NCBI RefSeq assembly: GCF_000150275.1
Contig: NW_002060965.1
Location: forward strand, 248,001 to 312,000
Direction of reading: 5' to 3'
DNA length: 64,000 bases
From: Trichoplax adhaerens
Taxonomy: Eukaryota; Animalia; Placozoa
The translations under genes were made by a program, and so were the position numbers. The notes under the pieces were generated by a model that saw nothing but the letters and a program-made list of their open reading frames with translations, had not been told where the DNA came from and did no database searches. This document shows, piece by piece, positions 1-11,955 of the stretch. Position 1 is the first letter of the stretch. The number at the start of each line of letters is the position of its first letter.

Positions 1-570
1 TCTGTATTGAAAGCCAATAAAAATAATCACGATAATCATTTAATATCTAGTTGGACCGATTTTGGCCGTGATAATTTAGATGCATTGGAAAATTACACTA
101 TAATTTTAGCTTCATTATATACCAAAATAGGCAGTATAAAATACAGCCAGTATAAATATGAATCTGCAGTATCGGTTTGCCAGAGGGCGATTTTTATTAA
201 ATCGAATCTCTTAGGCATTCGTGGTGATTCAGATATTGCCACCATGTATGATGTCATTGGTCATTCCTATAAATATCAAGGTAAATACACCAATGCCCTG
301 GATAATTATCATAAGTCATTAAAGATCCAATCAAAAATATCAGGAAACGGAAATTATAGTCTAAGTATCGCCAACTGTTATGAAAATATTGGCGAAATAT
401 TTCATCGACAGAAAAATTTCGGTCAAGCTTTATCCTTGCATAAGAAATCGTTGAATATTCGATCAAAGATATTAGGATACGATACTATTGAAGTCTTACA
501 CTCCAGCAGTAGACTTGCTAAAACTATGTGGGAATATAACAACGCTTGTGAATCTGCTATACAGGACTAA
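1..570 (+). CDS. 3' part of an intronless TPR-repeat protein (5' end outside the window), short paralog of the 10279-11955 gene
   Basis: The frame is open from base 1; the ORF-track start is only a TTG. It has 42-aa TPR repeats (IATMYDVIGHSYKYQGKYTNALDNYHKSLKI; IANCYENIGEIFHRQKNFGQALSLHKKSLNI) collinear with residues ~140-280 of the 558-aa protein, and it stops early after about 3.5 repeats. Confidence 0.8.
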   Translation, partial: SVLKANKNNHDNHLISSWTDFGRDNLDALENYTIILASLYTKIGSIKYSQYKYESAVSVCQRAIFIKSNLLGIRGDSDIATMYDVIGHSYKYQGKYTNALDNYHKSLKIQSKISGNGNYSLSIANCYENIGEIFHRQKNFGQALSLHKKSLNIRSKILGYDTIEVLHSSSRLAKTMWEYNNACESAIQD

Positions 571-1164
571 TATGAAATTCAAGAATGCAAAATATAGATA
601 TTGGCGAAATAAGTTCAAAAAAGATGTTATCTTATTTGTAATTATAATTTGACTATTATTGTATTCTCAGAGATGTAAAGGGGTCATATCAGACATGATT
701 GGTGCATACAGTCTGAAACTTGATTTTTCTAAATTGTATAAAATTCTTTGAGTTTTTCTAATATTGCTAAGCGTTAATACGATCTAATTTAATCAGTAAT
801 GTGATTTACATATTTTTTCTGATGCATTTTTAAGATTTTTATAATAGCTGTATAAATTTTTGCATAATTATAAATATTACTAATTGGATAGAGAGCGAGA
901 AATCAGTTGCTACATAAACCGTGGGTGACAAGAAAAAGAGAAGAAACATTGATAGAAATTTTACTAATCGTATTCATTAATGACAAGGAAAAAAAATAAA
1001 ATAAAATATTCTCAAAATTAGATGCTGATAATTACTCTCATACAATATTTATAGTTCTATTAAGGAAAGATGCTTAAGCGAATGCGATTTAAAAATGAAA
1101 CGACAAAAAATCAAGATATTATCCAACAATGACAGCTTTCTGCTTTTCAAGTTTTATCTATGTT

Positions 1165-1650
1165 TGCGCAGAAATAGAAAATATTCCTCAAATCAAGTCT
1201 TATCAGGAAAATATGACAGAAGCATGACATTAAAGTATCTGGATAACTGTAATATGTATATAGCCGATAGCTACTTCTCTACTTTTTGAAATAGAAAGTA
1301 ATAGTTAGCAAATAAGCCATTTCGTTTCTAATTAATTCTGGCTGGGTTTATCTAGGCAGTTACAGCATACCATTAGGATTATTTAACGATTGCCATATTA
1401 ATAAAGTAGATAATTCGTTATTTTAATGAAATAGCAGTAAATAGTCAGGAAATGAACTGTTAGTTTTCTAACATAGATCATGGCTGGCATCTATCCACGG
1501 AGAGCCGCAGCATAAAATTAAGAAGCCTAAATGGCTATAATCGTGATATACTTGATACATAGTTCTTTCTTCTATAAAATAGTATTAGGGAACTAAAGAA
1601 TTAATTATTAATTTCCTACTAGATTTTATCTATGATAGATCGCAGCAGCT
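1165..1650. repeat. Degenerate tandem repeat, ~140-150 bp period, about 3 copies
   Basis: Related blocks (GAAATAG..AGTA..TAGT..G.AAAT....TTTCTAA....TGGCTGG..T.TATC....CAGCATA) recur near 1285, 1425 and, more weakly, 1573. Confidence 0.5.
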
Positions 1651-3971
1651 AGCAAGTCTGTTAGTGCTGCTTCGACAAATTCCTATGGTAATATCTACTA
1701 GAAAGCGACAACAAAGCATTTTCTCTGATTTATTTCCTACTCAATAGAAAAAACTACTTCTGTACTGTATATAATCAGTTCTAGGGATCAATTCATAAAT
1801 TGTGAACTTTTATGGTAGATTACGAGCACTATAACGAGCTTTACTGATCAATTATAGGCTTATACAGTAATTTAGTTATTATTACATATCTTTTGAAGAA
1901 ACAATTCGGTTCTTGCTTTGCCGATAAAGAATCATGAATTCACATACTTGTATATCCGTGTTAATAATTAATTAATCATACTTATTTATATTACAGCTGT
2001 ATTTTTAGAGATAAACGTCAAAGAAATTTTCCGTAATGAAAATTAAAAATTTACTCAATATTAGATGATTGATATGCTAAGTTTATTACAGCTAGAGGGG
2101 CTATTATTTGATGAATTATAAAATAGATAAATAGGATGTTATGATGCTGAAGTTATTATAGTATGATAGCAATAAATGGCAAAGCAAACGAGAGATAGAT
2201 AGGCTCTAGACTGCATAAGTTATTGACGACTTTTATACTCATCTTAGTAAAATTTAATGATTGTTATTATCAGGACAAGATCATTCAACTCTGCAATGAC
2301 TGTCATTTTCTTATTGACATCTAAAATAATTTCATTATTACAAGTTTCTTTAATATTCCTAATCGTATCAAAAATTATCTACAGTAAAATATAGATGAAA
2401 ACATGCAAATTACTACATTTATCGCTGATAATACCCCTTCAATTAAATTACTGGATTTACTATGCAAATTAGTACAAACAAATCTGTTGGTATTGTAGAC
2501 CCAAATGACTAGTTGGCACAACGGAATTTGCGAAACAAGATGTCAACATAAGGCTGATGAATTATTTTTATTAACGTAACTAATCTATATTGCAATTTAT
2601 TCTTAATTAGAGTTATTGTTAAAATGTTAAGTTTTGTTGTGATATTTTAGGTGCTGCTTGTCTCGATCGAGATTATAACATAAGTGGATTAGCTGAAGTA
2701 TAGATCCTTTCTCTTCATTAACCCGACAAATCTGGCTCATGGCATTCTCTTTACTAGAATTATCTTATAAGGCTAATTTTATGGCAAGCACCTTAAGTTC
2801 TACTCTGCTATCGTCCTGTAGGCAAGTATTTAATCATTGCGGGAAGTTTCAATTTAACTAGCTGAAACTAGAGCTACAACTGCTATAATTTGATAGTAGT
2901 AATAATCGCTGGTTAAATAATATTCATATTTTTAATATAGATATGCATACTTGGAAATGGTTTATATCACTAAATAAATTAATAAATTGATATCATAAGC
3001 TATCTGTTACGATTTTATTATCGTTAGTCAATTATATTGGATGACTAAAATATATGTTAAATTATTCGAGCATACTTAACTGATTTGAACGTATTAAATC
3101 ATGAAAATGTTTCATCAAAATGATCTTTATACAGATATGAAATAAACGAGTATTATTGAAATAACTCGCTCTTAAATTAACATTGTCGGCCTGCTTACAA
3201 TTGCAATTTTTTACTAATTTTTTCCCACCGCTACTCGATTAATAATTAATTTATACCTTTATTATTTAGCGACTCTTGCAGAGGACAGATTCTATTTCTG
3301 TTTAGAACTATTATGTTCATCAAATATCGGATTTACTGCGTCTATTATGCATTGACTTTGGTGAACTTCTTATCCGATGTTCTCTTTCTTCTCTAAACGC
3401 GTGAGATTGCTTTATTGCTAATTGAATTGCTTTCTTAGTTGAAGTTATTTAAAAGATTGAGACAATTACTTTACATCGTAATGATTTTCATTATTCTACA
3501 GTGTTAGAGAGAAAAGAACAAAACCTTCTAGATTGCATTAATAGCAGGTGCTTAACTTAGCTTCACCGAGTCTATTTATAGGCTCAAATATATATCATTT
3601 TAAAGATTGAGATAATTACTTTATATTCCGACATTATAACATTTAATAGCTTATTACAAATAACTCTAGAATTTTCGACACACAGAAAGCCGCAACTCGC
3701 TAAAATCGCCGTAGGATAACTTTATGAAAGTCCCTTTGTAATATCTGCATAAAGCGCAAAAGCAATAACACCATTTTTTATCTTTTACAGGTTTGAGTGC
3801 AAAATAAGAAAAGTTCTTTAATGTCAGCACAACATTGCATTCCTAGCTACGAGTTGTAATTTAATTTTAAAAACGGTGATGAAGACTGAATTCATAATAT
3901 ATACTATTCACGTGATGGCTTTAGCTAGTTGTAGCAATTTTGTGCTAGAGAGTACTGTGATAGTATGTAGT

Positions 3972-5040
3972 TGTTACGGAGCTTGATACTCCGTGATAAG
4001 TGGCTGGTAGTAAAGTTGCTAATGAGAATGACTGTAAAGATTATAATTAATCTAGCAAATAGTGTCGTGCTATTAAAAATATCATTCAAGATTGTTAAGT
4101 CGTAGACCACAATTCTCAATTGTTAATTGATTATTATTATTTATAACTTTTAATATATTGACTGTTATTAATTAATTATGCCGAAGTCGGCAATATAACT
4201 CAAAATGCGATATTACACCGCTGTGGTGAGATAATTAATATTAACCAGCGATACGTAGTAATTAATACTCTGTCTAGTCTACAGTAAGTCTGTAACGCGT
4301 ATTATATAATTTAAAGTGATAGATTAGCACAAGGGTATTTGTGTGATATAGGAGATTGTATATAAGCCTGATCATTAATTTTTAATCTCGGTTCCTCTGA
4401 GGCTACGCAAGAGCACACTAGTACTAAGTTGTAGTACTTATTAACAAAATATTTAATAAGCTAAACTTATCGTTGGACTCGTTTTCTATAGTATGGGAAT
4501 AAGTTAGTTTTCCTTTATTGAGGATCTTCGGAGTTAGTCAGGGAACCTTAAGAAAAGATAGTTTAGTTCAGGAGCACGAAGCATTGTCACAAAAGCTGTG
4601 TTGTGACTCAGTTTGATCTTTACGAATTTACGGAAGCGTGCGGAATTTCTGCTGAGCCAACGACAACAAATAAATTTCCTTTCTTTTCTATCGGTGGTTG
4701 AAATCGACCTTTATTAACTACAACCAACCAACTTACTAACTCATACTCTAACCGACTTGCCAAGATAGTAAAAGCGCCTCATTTATATACTCTAACATTG
4801 GCATGAATATGCATAACTTCTCTAACATTGCGATAACATTCTTGAGATATCATTTTTCAGTATAACACAATTGACTAATAAACATACTTGTACCGTACAA
4901 CATTAATTTATCATTTACCATACAAGATAAAGGTAGCAACTATGCATAGTTAAGGATATTAATCCTTAAGAACAATATTATCTAGCGATGCTAGTCTAGC
5001 AGTCGCGACAAGCTGCTCGAAAAAAAGCTGTTTTGTGACA
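3972..5040 (+). mobile_element. Solo LTR family E (~652 bp net) with LTR D nested inside
   Basis: Termini TGTTACGG...TTGTGACA. Flanks GTAGT (3967-3971) / GTACT (5041-5045) form a 5-bp TSD with one mismatch. TATATAA at 4359. The 3' terminal inverted repeat TGTCACAAAA/TTTTGTGACA is interrupted by element D. Confidence 0.7.
4599..5010 (-). mobile_element. Solo LTR family D (412 bp) nested in LTR E
   Basis: Termini TGTTGTGAC...GTCGCGACA. Perfect TSD AGCTG at 4594-4598 and 5011-5015. Minus-strand TATA (4782-4789) followed by AATAAA (4710-4715). Confidence 0.8.
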
Positions 5041-5397
5041 GTACTGTAGAATTGTATGCCTTAATTCCCATACATGACTATCACAACGGCGATTACAGTA
5101 CAATTTATTCGCTTTAGAACTACTGTAAGTATTATTGAGCGTCTCTGATTCTACTTGCTAGAGCAAGACCTTAAACAAAATATAATAACCAATATAGGGT
5201 AGATATGTGTTAATTAGTGTTAAGCTTTAACAAGTCTTAATCCAATTAACAAGCGTTACAGTGTTATATGCTATAATATCGAGATTATTCTAGAAATATC
5301 TATGTCAGGATAATTCTTACAATTTAAATCACTGTGATATTATAACTTACTTATGGTAGATTATAGATTATTCAGATAATGTTCTGTGATAGAACAT

Positions 5398-5949
5398 TGT
5401 GATATATACCAATCACGAAATTCCAAATTTTAGAAAAATAAGGGCTTTATTGAATCTTATACAAAGATTAACTACGTACAGCTCTACTCTAGCCGAATAC
5501 TACTACTAAAGACTTCTAGAACGAACTAACAGAATAATCTAAAGTTGCATGCTTTTATACTTTCCGTAGCATTCGCAGCTACAATCCGCATGGCAACCTT
5601 TTACCTTATTTTACACATAGTTAAATTATTCTTAGTAACACTATTCTACTGCGGACCATCATTAATCCAATATGGATACGACTACAGTACTTACGTAGAC
5701 ATTATTCACACCAGCCAAAGTACAATGAATTAACCATATCCTAATATATGATTTACAGTTCTATTTTTACCTACAGCCATATTAGTAACTCAACAGCTTA
5801 CTGTATATAGTCATCTGTACTCTAGCATAGAGTCTCTACCACTACAGTCTATAGTTACAGCTACCAAATATCTCTTAGGATAAATATTTACCGTACATTA
5901 TACTACACATGGCTAACAGTCTACAATCACAATACTAAGTTACATTACA
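5398..5949 (-). mobile_element. Solo LTR family A, copy 1 (552 bp)
   Basis: Termini TGTGATAT...CATTACA. Perfect TSD AACAT at 5393-5397 and 5950-5954. Minus-strand TATAAAA (5553-5559) and AATAAA (5446-5451). Highly similar copy at 48127-48692 and a diverged inverted copy at 55472-55991. Confidence 0.88.
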
Positions 5950-6123
5950 AACATATAATAGTCTGACTATTTTGCAGTGATCATTAGATATCTATGTTCG
6001 TAAATACTGTTGTCTTCATTAGTTAGCAGTAGATAAAATTAGCTTTTAATTTATTAGAAAGTTTCAACGATAATATTAATAACTAGGATGTCTAACTATT
6101 GTAAAAGAGTATAAAAATGCGGC

Positions 6124-6560
6124 TGTCATGGTACGAACTACCGTGAAGAAATAGCTGTCTAAATTTGGTTAATATAATATAGTGATAATATATTACCAAC
6201 TAGTTACTTACAATACGAATTACTCTAATTATAAATGTGTTACAGTAAATTTAATGCTGTGCTGTAATGTGCACGGAAATGATTCTGTGAATGGACATAT
6301 TTTAGTCCGACTGTGAAAAATTACTTAGTAGATGTTCTCACCTAAGTATTTTTATAAGATGACTCGCGAATGTCAGCTGCTGTAGAAGGGTATATAAGCC
6401 CGTTAGATAGTTGAATAAAGTAGTTCTCAATTGTCTAGTTGAGTTTAACGTAGAATCAAAGGCGTCTAAATTCTTGTGAGTAAGGATACTGAATCTGCAG
6501 ATTTTAAGTGATTTAGAGATTTATTTTACGTTATCCTTGCCACGAAGCTGGTTTGTGACA
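6124..6560 (+). mobile_element. Solo LTR family B, copy 1 (437 bp)
   Basis: Termini TGTCATGG...TTGTGACA. Perfect TSD GCGGC at 6119-6123 and 6561-6565. TATATAA at 6391 and AATAAA at 6414. Inverted copy at 19538-19973. Confidence 0.88.
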
Positions 6561-9500
6561 GCGGCATATCATATAATGAAGGGAGTTCTTTAGATTAGTG
6601 CTTAACGTAAAATACGAGGCGTCTACGGCATTATGCAGTCTACTAGTATAAGAAAAGTCTTCCTGATAGGGTAGATATTGCTCCCTTATATGTAGTTTAA
6701 GGAATCAACTTATTGATCCTGCATTAGATTATCTTGTTGCAGAGTCGTTTGTAACAACAACTTAGATCAACTTAATATCTAAGAGCCTACAATTATAAAT
6801 GTTACAACCTCTATTTTAATTATTACACTTTTACTCGTACCAAAAGACTTTAATCTACGTATTCCTTAATGCAAATTTATTCACGGTTTTATATTCAGAA
6901 TTTCACATCAGATAATCATACTAACAAATATTATTAAATCTAAATTCTTTAATATCATCTAAACTATAGCATCTTATTTACGGTAACTATGTAACCTCAA
7001 CCGCGACAATTCGTTTAGAAAGCTGTACAGATGCTTAGAATTTCGCCTAATACGATATCAAGATGCAAATGAAATGCCAGGCTGGGCTAGTACTGATAGA
7101 TTTACCTACTATTTACTTAACTTCAATTTAGAGAATTTTGACAGAGAAATCGCTCAGCTTCATTTTGATTATATTATAGATGATAACATGAGCTCTATTA
7201 TTCCGTTAGCTGTGATATATCATTATATTTTTTATTTCATCTTCATAATTCATAATCCCTTGTGTATAGTGTATATATAGTAAGCAAATATCCTAGATGC
7301 TGCGATGAAGTTTGAACATGAGAATAAGCACTCTAAATCATTCAACAAATGTTAATGCAAACCGCTGCTGCGAAAGCGATACATATTATAATGCAAATAA
7401 ACTTGCCTTATAAATCAAAAAATATAGTTATGGGTCATTCATAGTCCCTTTTCCAATAAAAATTGCAGAGTTTTTTAACGCTATATTCATCATGCGTATA
7501 GTGACCGATAAGATTTCTGAAAATATGATTGAAAGGATATTTGATAATAAGGAGTGTATCAGTATATTTTGAAACCGGCTAATAATTCGGAAAGTTCGTG
7601 AAATTTTTAGGAAACCTTTAACGTCTAGTGCCTATAAAATTATCTCAATCGCAATTTCAATATATAATAACTTTAATATGGAAACAGACACACTTTAATA
7701 ATCATTATTTGAATTAGTACTCTAGAGTGCACTAAATATATCTAATCAAGACCCTTAAACTCGTTTGCAATTATTTAAAATGATAAATAAATTCTTTATG
7801 CACTTATTTTCAGTACGTCGGTCATTCTTCTATCATTACTTTAACAGGCTGAACTTCATATCGCTACCTGTAACAGGTATTGCTTGCTGTGTTCTGTATA
7901 CAATTTTATTGCACAATTCAGTAAAGCTTTTCTTCGCGCAGCAAATAACAACTGTACCAAGGTTTTTAATGCTAGCAACTCAAAAGGTGCATTAATTTCG
8001 TTTTATAAATTAATTATGCCAAAAATCAGCTAATTAACATGTAACCAGTGCAAGTTCAATAAAATTTATTTCAAGATCATTTATCTGTCCGTTTGTAAAA
8101 CAATAAAACTTTAATGTGTGCATTTACGTCATATATGGCAAAATATATACCGCCCCATCCGCTTGATTATTATTTGCCTGTATTCTAATAAAAATTTTTT
8201 ACTAGATATAATTTAGAATTCAATTACGTCTACTAATGGCTTGTACTTGATTCTAATTCTCATGTACGATAACATATACATCAAATAAATGTGTTGGACT
8301 TTTTAAGCCACAGATCAATTTGTTCCTATTTCCTGGTAATGTTATAGAGAATTAAATTTATTGATATCTAAATAATATCAAAACTCTCTAATACATACCT
8401 TAACAAATTTTAGAATGATCTTAAAGCCTTGTACTATATTGCTTAATGTGTTAAGAATGTAAATCGTGTTTAAAGCATAAGCATTAAAACAGTTTGTTAC
8501 TAGGAATTGCCGCCAATTAACAATATTATTTGATCAGCTTTGAGCTAAGATCATTCTATTTCTAGACTTTATCAGGTCTTAGATATATGTACCTTTTGCA
8601 TGAATTAGTTCATAAATAGGCGAATGCGATTACTAAATTTAGTGAGTTAACTTTATTGGAAGATTTACGTTCAGAAGCGACGAAATAATTGGTAAATAAA
8701 CAATTAAATAACAAGCTCAATTTAAATATATATTCGGCGGTCTATAAAGTTTAACATCATATTTAAAAATTCTATATACTAAGATTAGATAGCAATCCTT
8801 TGTTAAATCGAACGCGTTATCCATATTGTAGATAACCATTATTATCAACTAACGATGGTAAAAACATAGTGCTGTACTCCTTTGTGATACTTAATTTATC
8901 TATTCTTTACTAATCCAACAGGAAATTAAGACTTACACTGAATGTATTGATACTTGAACTTTGAATATCGCCATCACTTCGGGTACTAAAATTAGTTTCA
9001 AGTACCGGATTTATTCACCTACGTTACCTTGTATTTTTGCACGTAAAAGAATACATTTTACTGTAAAACTTGTACTAATAAAAACTCATATTGATTAACG
9101 TTTATGTTATGAGCAAGGATCTTGCAGGAAACCCTTACAATAGTTTTTACCAGAATATCGTCATCATCGACAGCATTGCCAATAATATCAAAGCATAATG
9201 CAAATGATAGATTGATGTGATAAATTACTTAGCCTAACACAAATTAGAAAAACTATAAACTGGTATGCTTTTGTTTTCATTCTCTCATTCAGACAGTCTA
9301 ATCTATTGAATTGTGCATAATTTCCTCATTAATGGATGCATAGGAAGGCATAGAGAACGTCAATAATATACCGGTAATTAAGCTTTCCTATTACTAAAGC
9401 ATCATGGCCAATTAGGACTTATGAAATTAGAAAGTCATATGACGTGGACTAGCTTTAAACAGGAACTGCTATTTCATCTATTGTTTTCTATTCAATTTTT

Positions 9501-10278
9501 GCCTAAATTATAAGAACTTACTTTCAGTTTATTTATCTACTTATAGCTTTATTGAATTTAACTTCGCCTTTACGAACTAACGCCAAAGGTAGTAAAAGTT
9601 GATTGCTTTGAAATGGACTTATTCTCATGTCTTACATGATTATAAAGGATTTTTAATATTTTAGGTTTGATACAAATTTTGTAAGTCTTTATTCTGATAA
9701 AGTTGGTAAATAATAAGCATTCCATCTATTTTTTTCAAGAAGTTGAGCGTGTTATAATAACTACCTTAAAAAATTGCTGACACAGAAAAACAAATTTCAA
9801 AATAATCCTTTGTATCAAACTAGCTGCTATCTTAAGCATCTTTCTCTAAAACATTTCGTGGAATTGGCAAGCGTCATTAGTGCTACCAAACACAAATTGC
9901 CTCGGCGAACTTGGCATCAATAAAGTCTTCTAAATACATATATATGTCATGCATCAACAAATGCAGTCTTAAATAAAAATTGCTTAAGCTCTCCTTTCGC
10001 TGTAGATTGGAAATTAACTTAGATTGCATAAATCACCTCATTAATAGTGGATTTGCTTTTTCCTCTACTTTATACTGGAAATACGAGGACACGTATACTA
10101 CAACTAACATTAATATTAAGTATTAGTGACTAATATGTATTGCGATTAATCACTAAGCTTGTCATAAAGCCATTTGAAAACTTACCTGCTTTCATATTTA
10201 ATCAATCTTTGCACAGAGTTCTAAAGACATTAAAAAACTTGTGGCACAAGTACCCCCATTTGTTAAAGCGAGATCGTT

Positions 10279-11955
10279 ATGGGTTACAACATAAGCAGAA
10301 TTGTTAAATCATCACTAGCGAATGAAAAAGAAGATTGCGTTCAATTTTTACTTCGATCCGGATCTCGCTATTGTGAAAATAAAGAGTTTGATGCCGCTCG
10401 ATTAGAATATGAGCAAGCTTATCGTGAAATTAGCACAATGTGCTGTACGCATGATTATCGACGATTATTACGTTGCGAAGTCCAGTTAGCACTGTCAGAT
10501 AGCTATCTTAAACAGAAGCAAACTGACGATGCTTACAGATATTGCCAACTTGCTGAAATGGACAGAAACTCTGTTAAAGAAACAAGACAAAGTGGTAAAG
10601 AATTTAGCGACTATCCGATAACCAAGACAATTGAACGCTACTACAAATTAATCACGGAAAATCGAGAAACATTGACTTGGAAACAGAGAATATTAAAGTA
10701 TTATTACTTAGCCATTGCTGCTACCTACTGTAAAATTGGAAGCCAATGTGATGAACGATATAAGTACGATATGGCTCTATCCATTTATAAGCATGCTATA
10801 CAAATTACCACTAAGGTCTTTGGGGTCTATCATTCCGCAATTGCTAAATTATATGATAATATTGGTAACATCTATTGCTGCCAAGATCAGTACAGCGATG
10901 CACTTTCAAATTATCAAGCATCATTAAATATTCGTCTGAAATTATATGGAAATAACCATTTAGACATCACACAGTCTTATGAAAATATCGGAGAAGTTTA
11001 TTGCAAACAGAATCGCTACGATGATGCTTTATCAATGCATAAAATATCGCATATGATTCGACTGGAGACATTAGGAAAAGATGCAATCGATTTAGGCCAT
11101 TCTAGCTATAATATTGGAAAAATTTATTGCTTACAGGAGAAATATGAAAATGCGTTAGAAATGTATCAGCAAAGTCTAGAAATTTATCGTATCAAATTAG
11201 GGGATTCTAACGTTGATGTATGCAATACCTATATTGGTATTGGAAATGTCTACTTTCATCTAGGCAACTTTGACGAAGCAATGGCCTATTATCAAAAGTC
11301 ATTAACCATTGAATTAAAAATGTACGGTGAAGACAATCTGCATATCGCTAACACTTATAGTTGTATTGGAGGAGTCTATAACAAGCAGAACAAGTATGAC
11401 GAAGCATACGCAATTTATCAGAAATCCTTGGCTATTCGTTTGTCCAAGCTTGGCGACGATAGTTTATCTGTAGCGCATAGTTATCACTGGATCGGAATTA
11501 TTAAATATTTACAACAACAGTATGATGATGCTATGAAATTTTACGAAAAATCGCTACTTATAACATTAGAGAAATTAGGAAGTGATCACTTGGAGGTGGC
11601 TGAATTATATGATAGAATAGGCCAACTTTACCATTCACGAAGTCAGTATGATCACGCTTTTGCCTATTTTGAAAAATCTCTTTTCATAGTTATGAAAATT
11701 TTGGGAGAAGATACTTTCAAGTGTGTTTCTTTATATCGTAAAATGGGTTATTGCTATAACGAACAACATCAATTTGATGCAGCAGTTGTAATATTTGAAA
11801 AAGCAATTCGAATTCTATCCAATCTGGAAGGTAATTATTATCAAGATATTGCCGATTTATATAAAATGATTGAAAATATTTATTGGAAACAGGGAAAAGA
11901 TGAATTCGCAATATTAGCTCATCAGAAATGTCAAGAAATAATAGCCTCAGAGTAG
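10279..11955 (+). CDS. Intronless TPR-repeat protein, 558 aa, with predicted N-myristoylation (MGYNIS)
   Basis: Uninterrupted ORF with about 10 repeats of 42 aa (consensus A.sY..IG.vY..Q.kYddAl.mYqKSL.I.l..lG...l.v). The N-terminal TPR-like segment is shared with neighbouring paralogs. G2/S6 motif. Confidence 0.92.
   Translation: MGYNISRIVKSSLANEKEDCVQFLLRSGSRYCENKEFDAARLEYEQAYREISTMCCTHDYRRLLRCEVQLALSDSYLKQKQTDDAYRYCQLAEMDRNSVKETRQSGKEFSDYPITKTIERYYKLITENRETLTWKQRILKYYYLAIAATYCKIGSQCDERYKYDMALSIYKHAIQITTKVFGVYHSAIAKLYDNIGNIYCCQDQYSDALSNYQASLNIRLKLYGNNHLDITQSYENIGEVYCKQNRYDDALSMHKISHMIRLETLGKDAIDLGHSSYNIGKIYCLQEKYENALEMYQQSLEIYRIKLGDSNVDVCNTYIGIGNVYFHLGNFDEAMAYYQKSLTIELKMYGEDNLHIANTYSCIGGVYNKQNKYDEAYAIYQKSLAIRLSKLGDDSLSVAHSYHWIGIIKYLQQQYDDAMKFYEKSLLITLEKLGSDHLEVAELYDRIGQLYHSRSQYDHAFAYFEKSLFIVMKILGEDTFKCVSLYRKMGYCYNEQHQFDAAVVIFEKAIRILSNLEGNYYQDIADLYKMIENIYWKQGKDEFAILAHQKCQEIIASE

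Larger units (their letters stand above)
5124..6756 (+). mobile_element. Probable older solo LTR family K (~634 bp net) hosting LTR copies A1 and B1
   Basis: Termini TGTAAG...TTGTAACA. Flanks ACTAC (5119-5123) / ACAAC (6757-6761), one mismatch. TATAAAA at ~6110, just before B1. The 3' end TATCTTGTTGCAGAGTCGTTTGTAACA resembles the family B end. The left boundary is less certain. Confidence 0.5.

Noticed and set aside
572-652. Possible frameshifted hydrophobic tail anchor after the first TPR ORF (…KKDVILFVIII*)
   Set aside because: Only about 8 hydrophobic residues before a stop, in AT-rich sequence and out of frame.
5545-5733. 62-aa ORF duplicated at 48273-48461
   Set aside because: TTG start, lies antisense within LTR family A; the similarity reflects repeat copying, not coding constraint.
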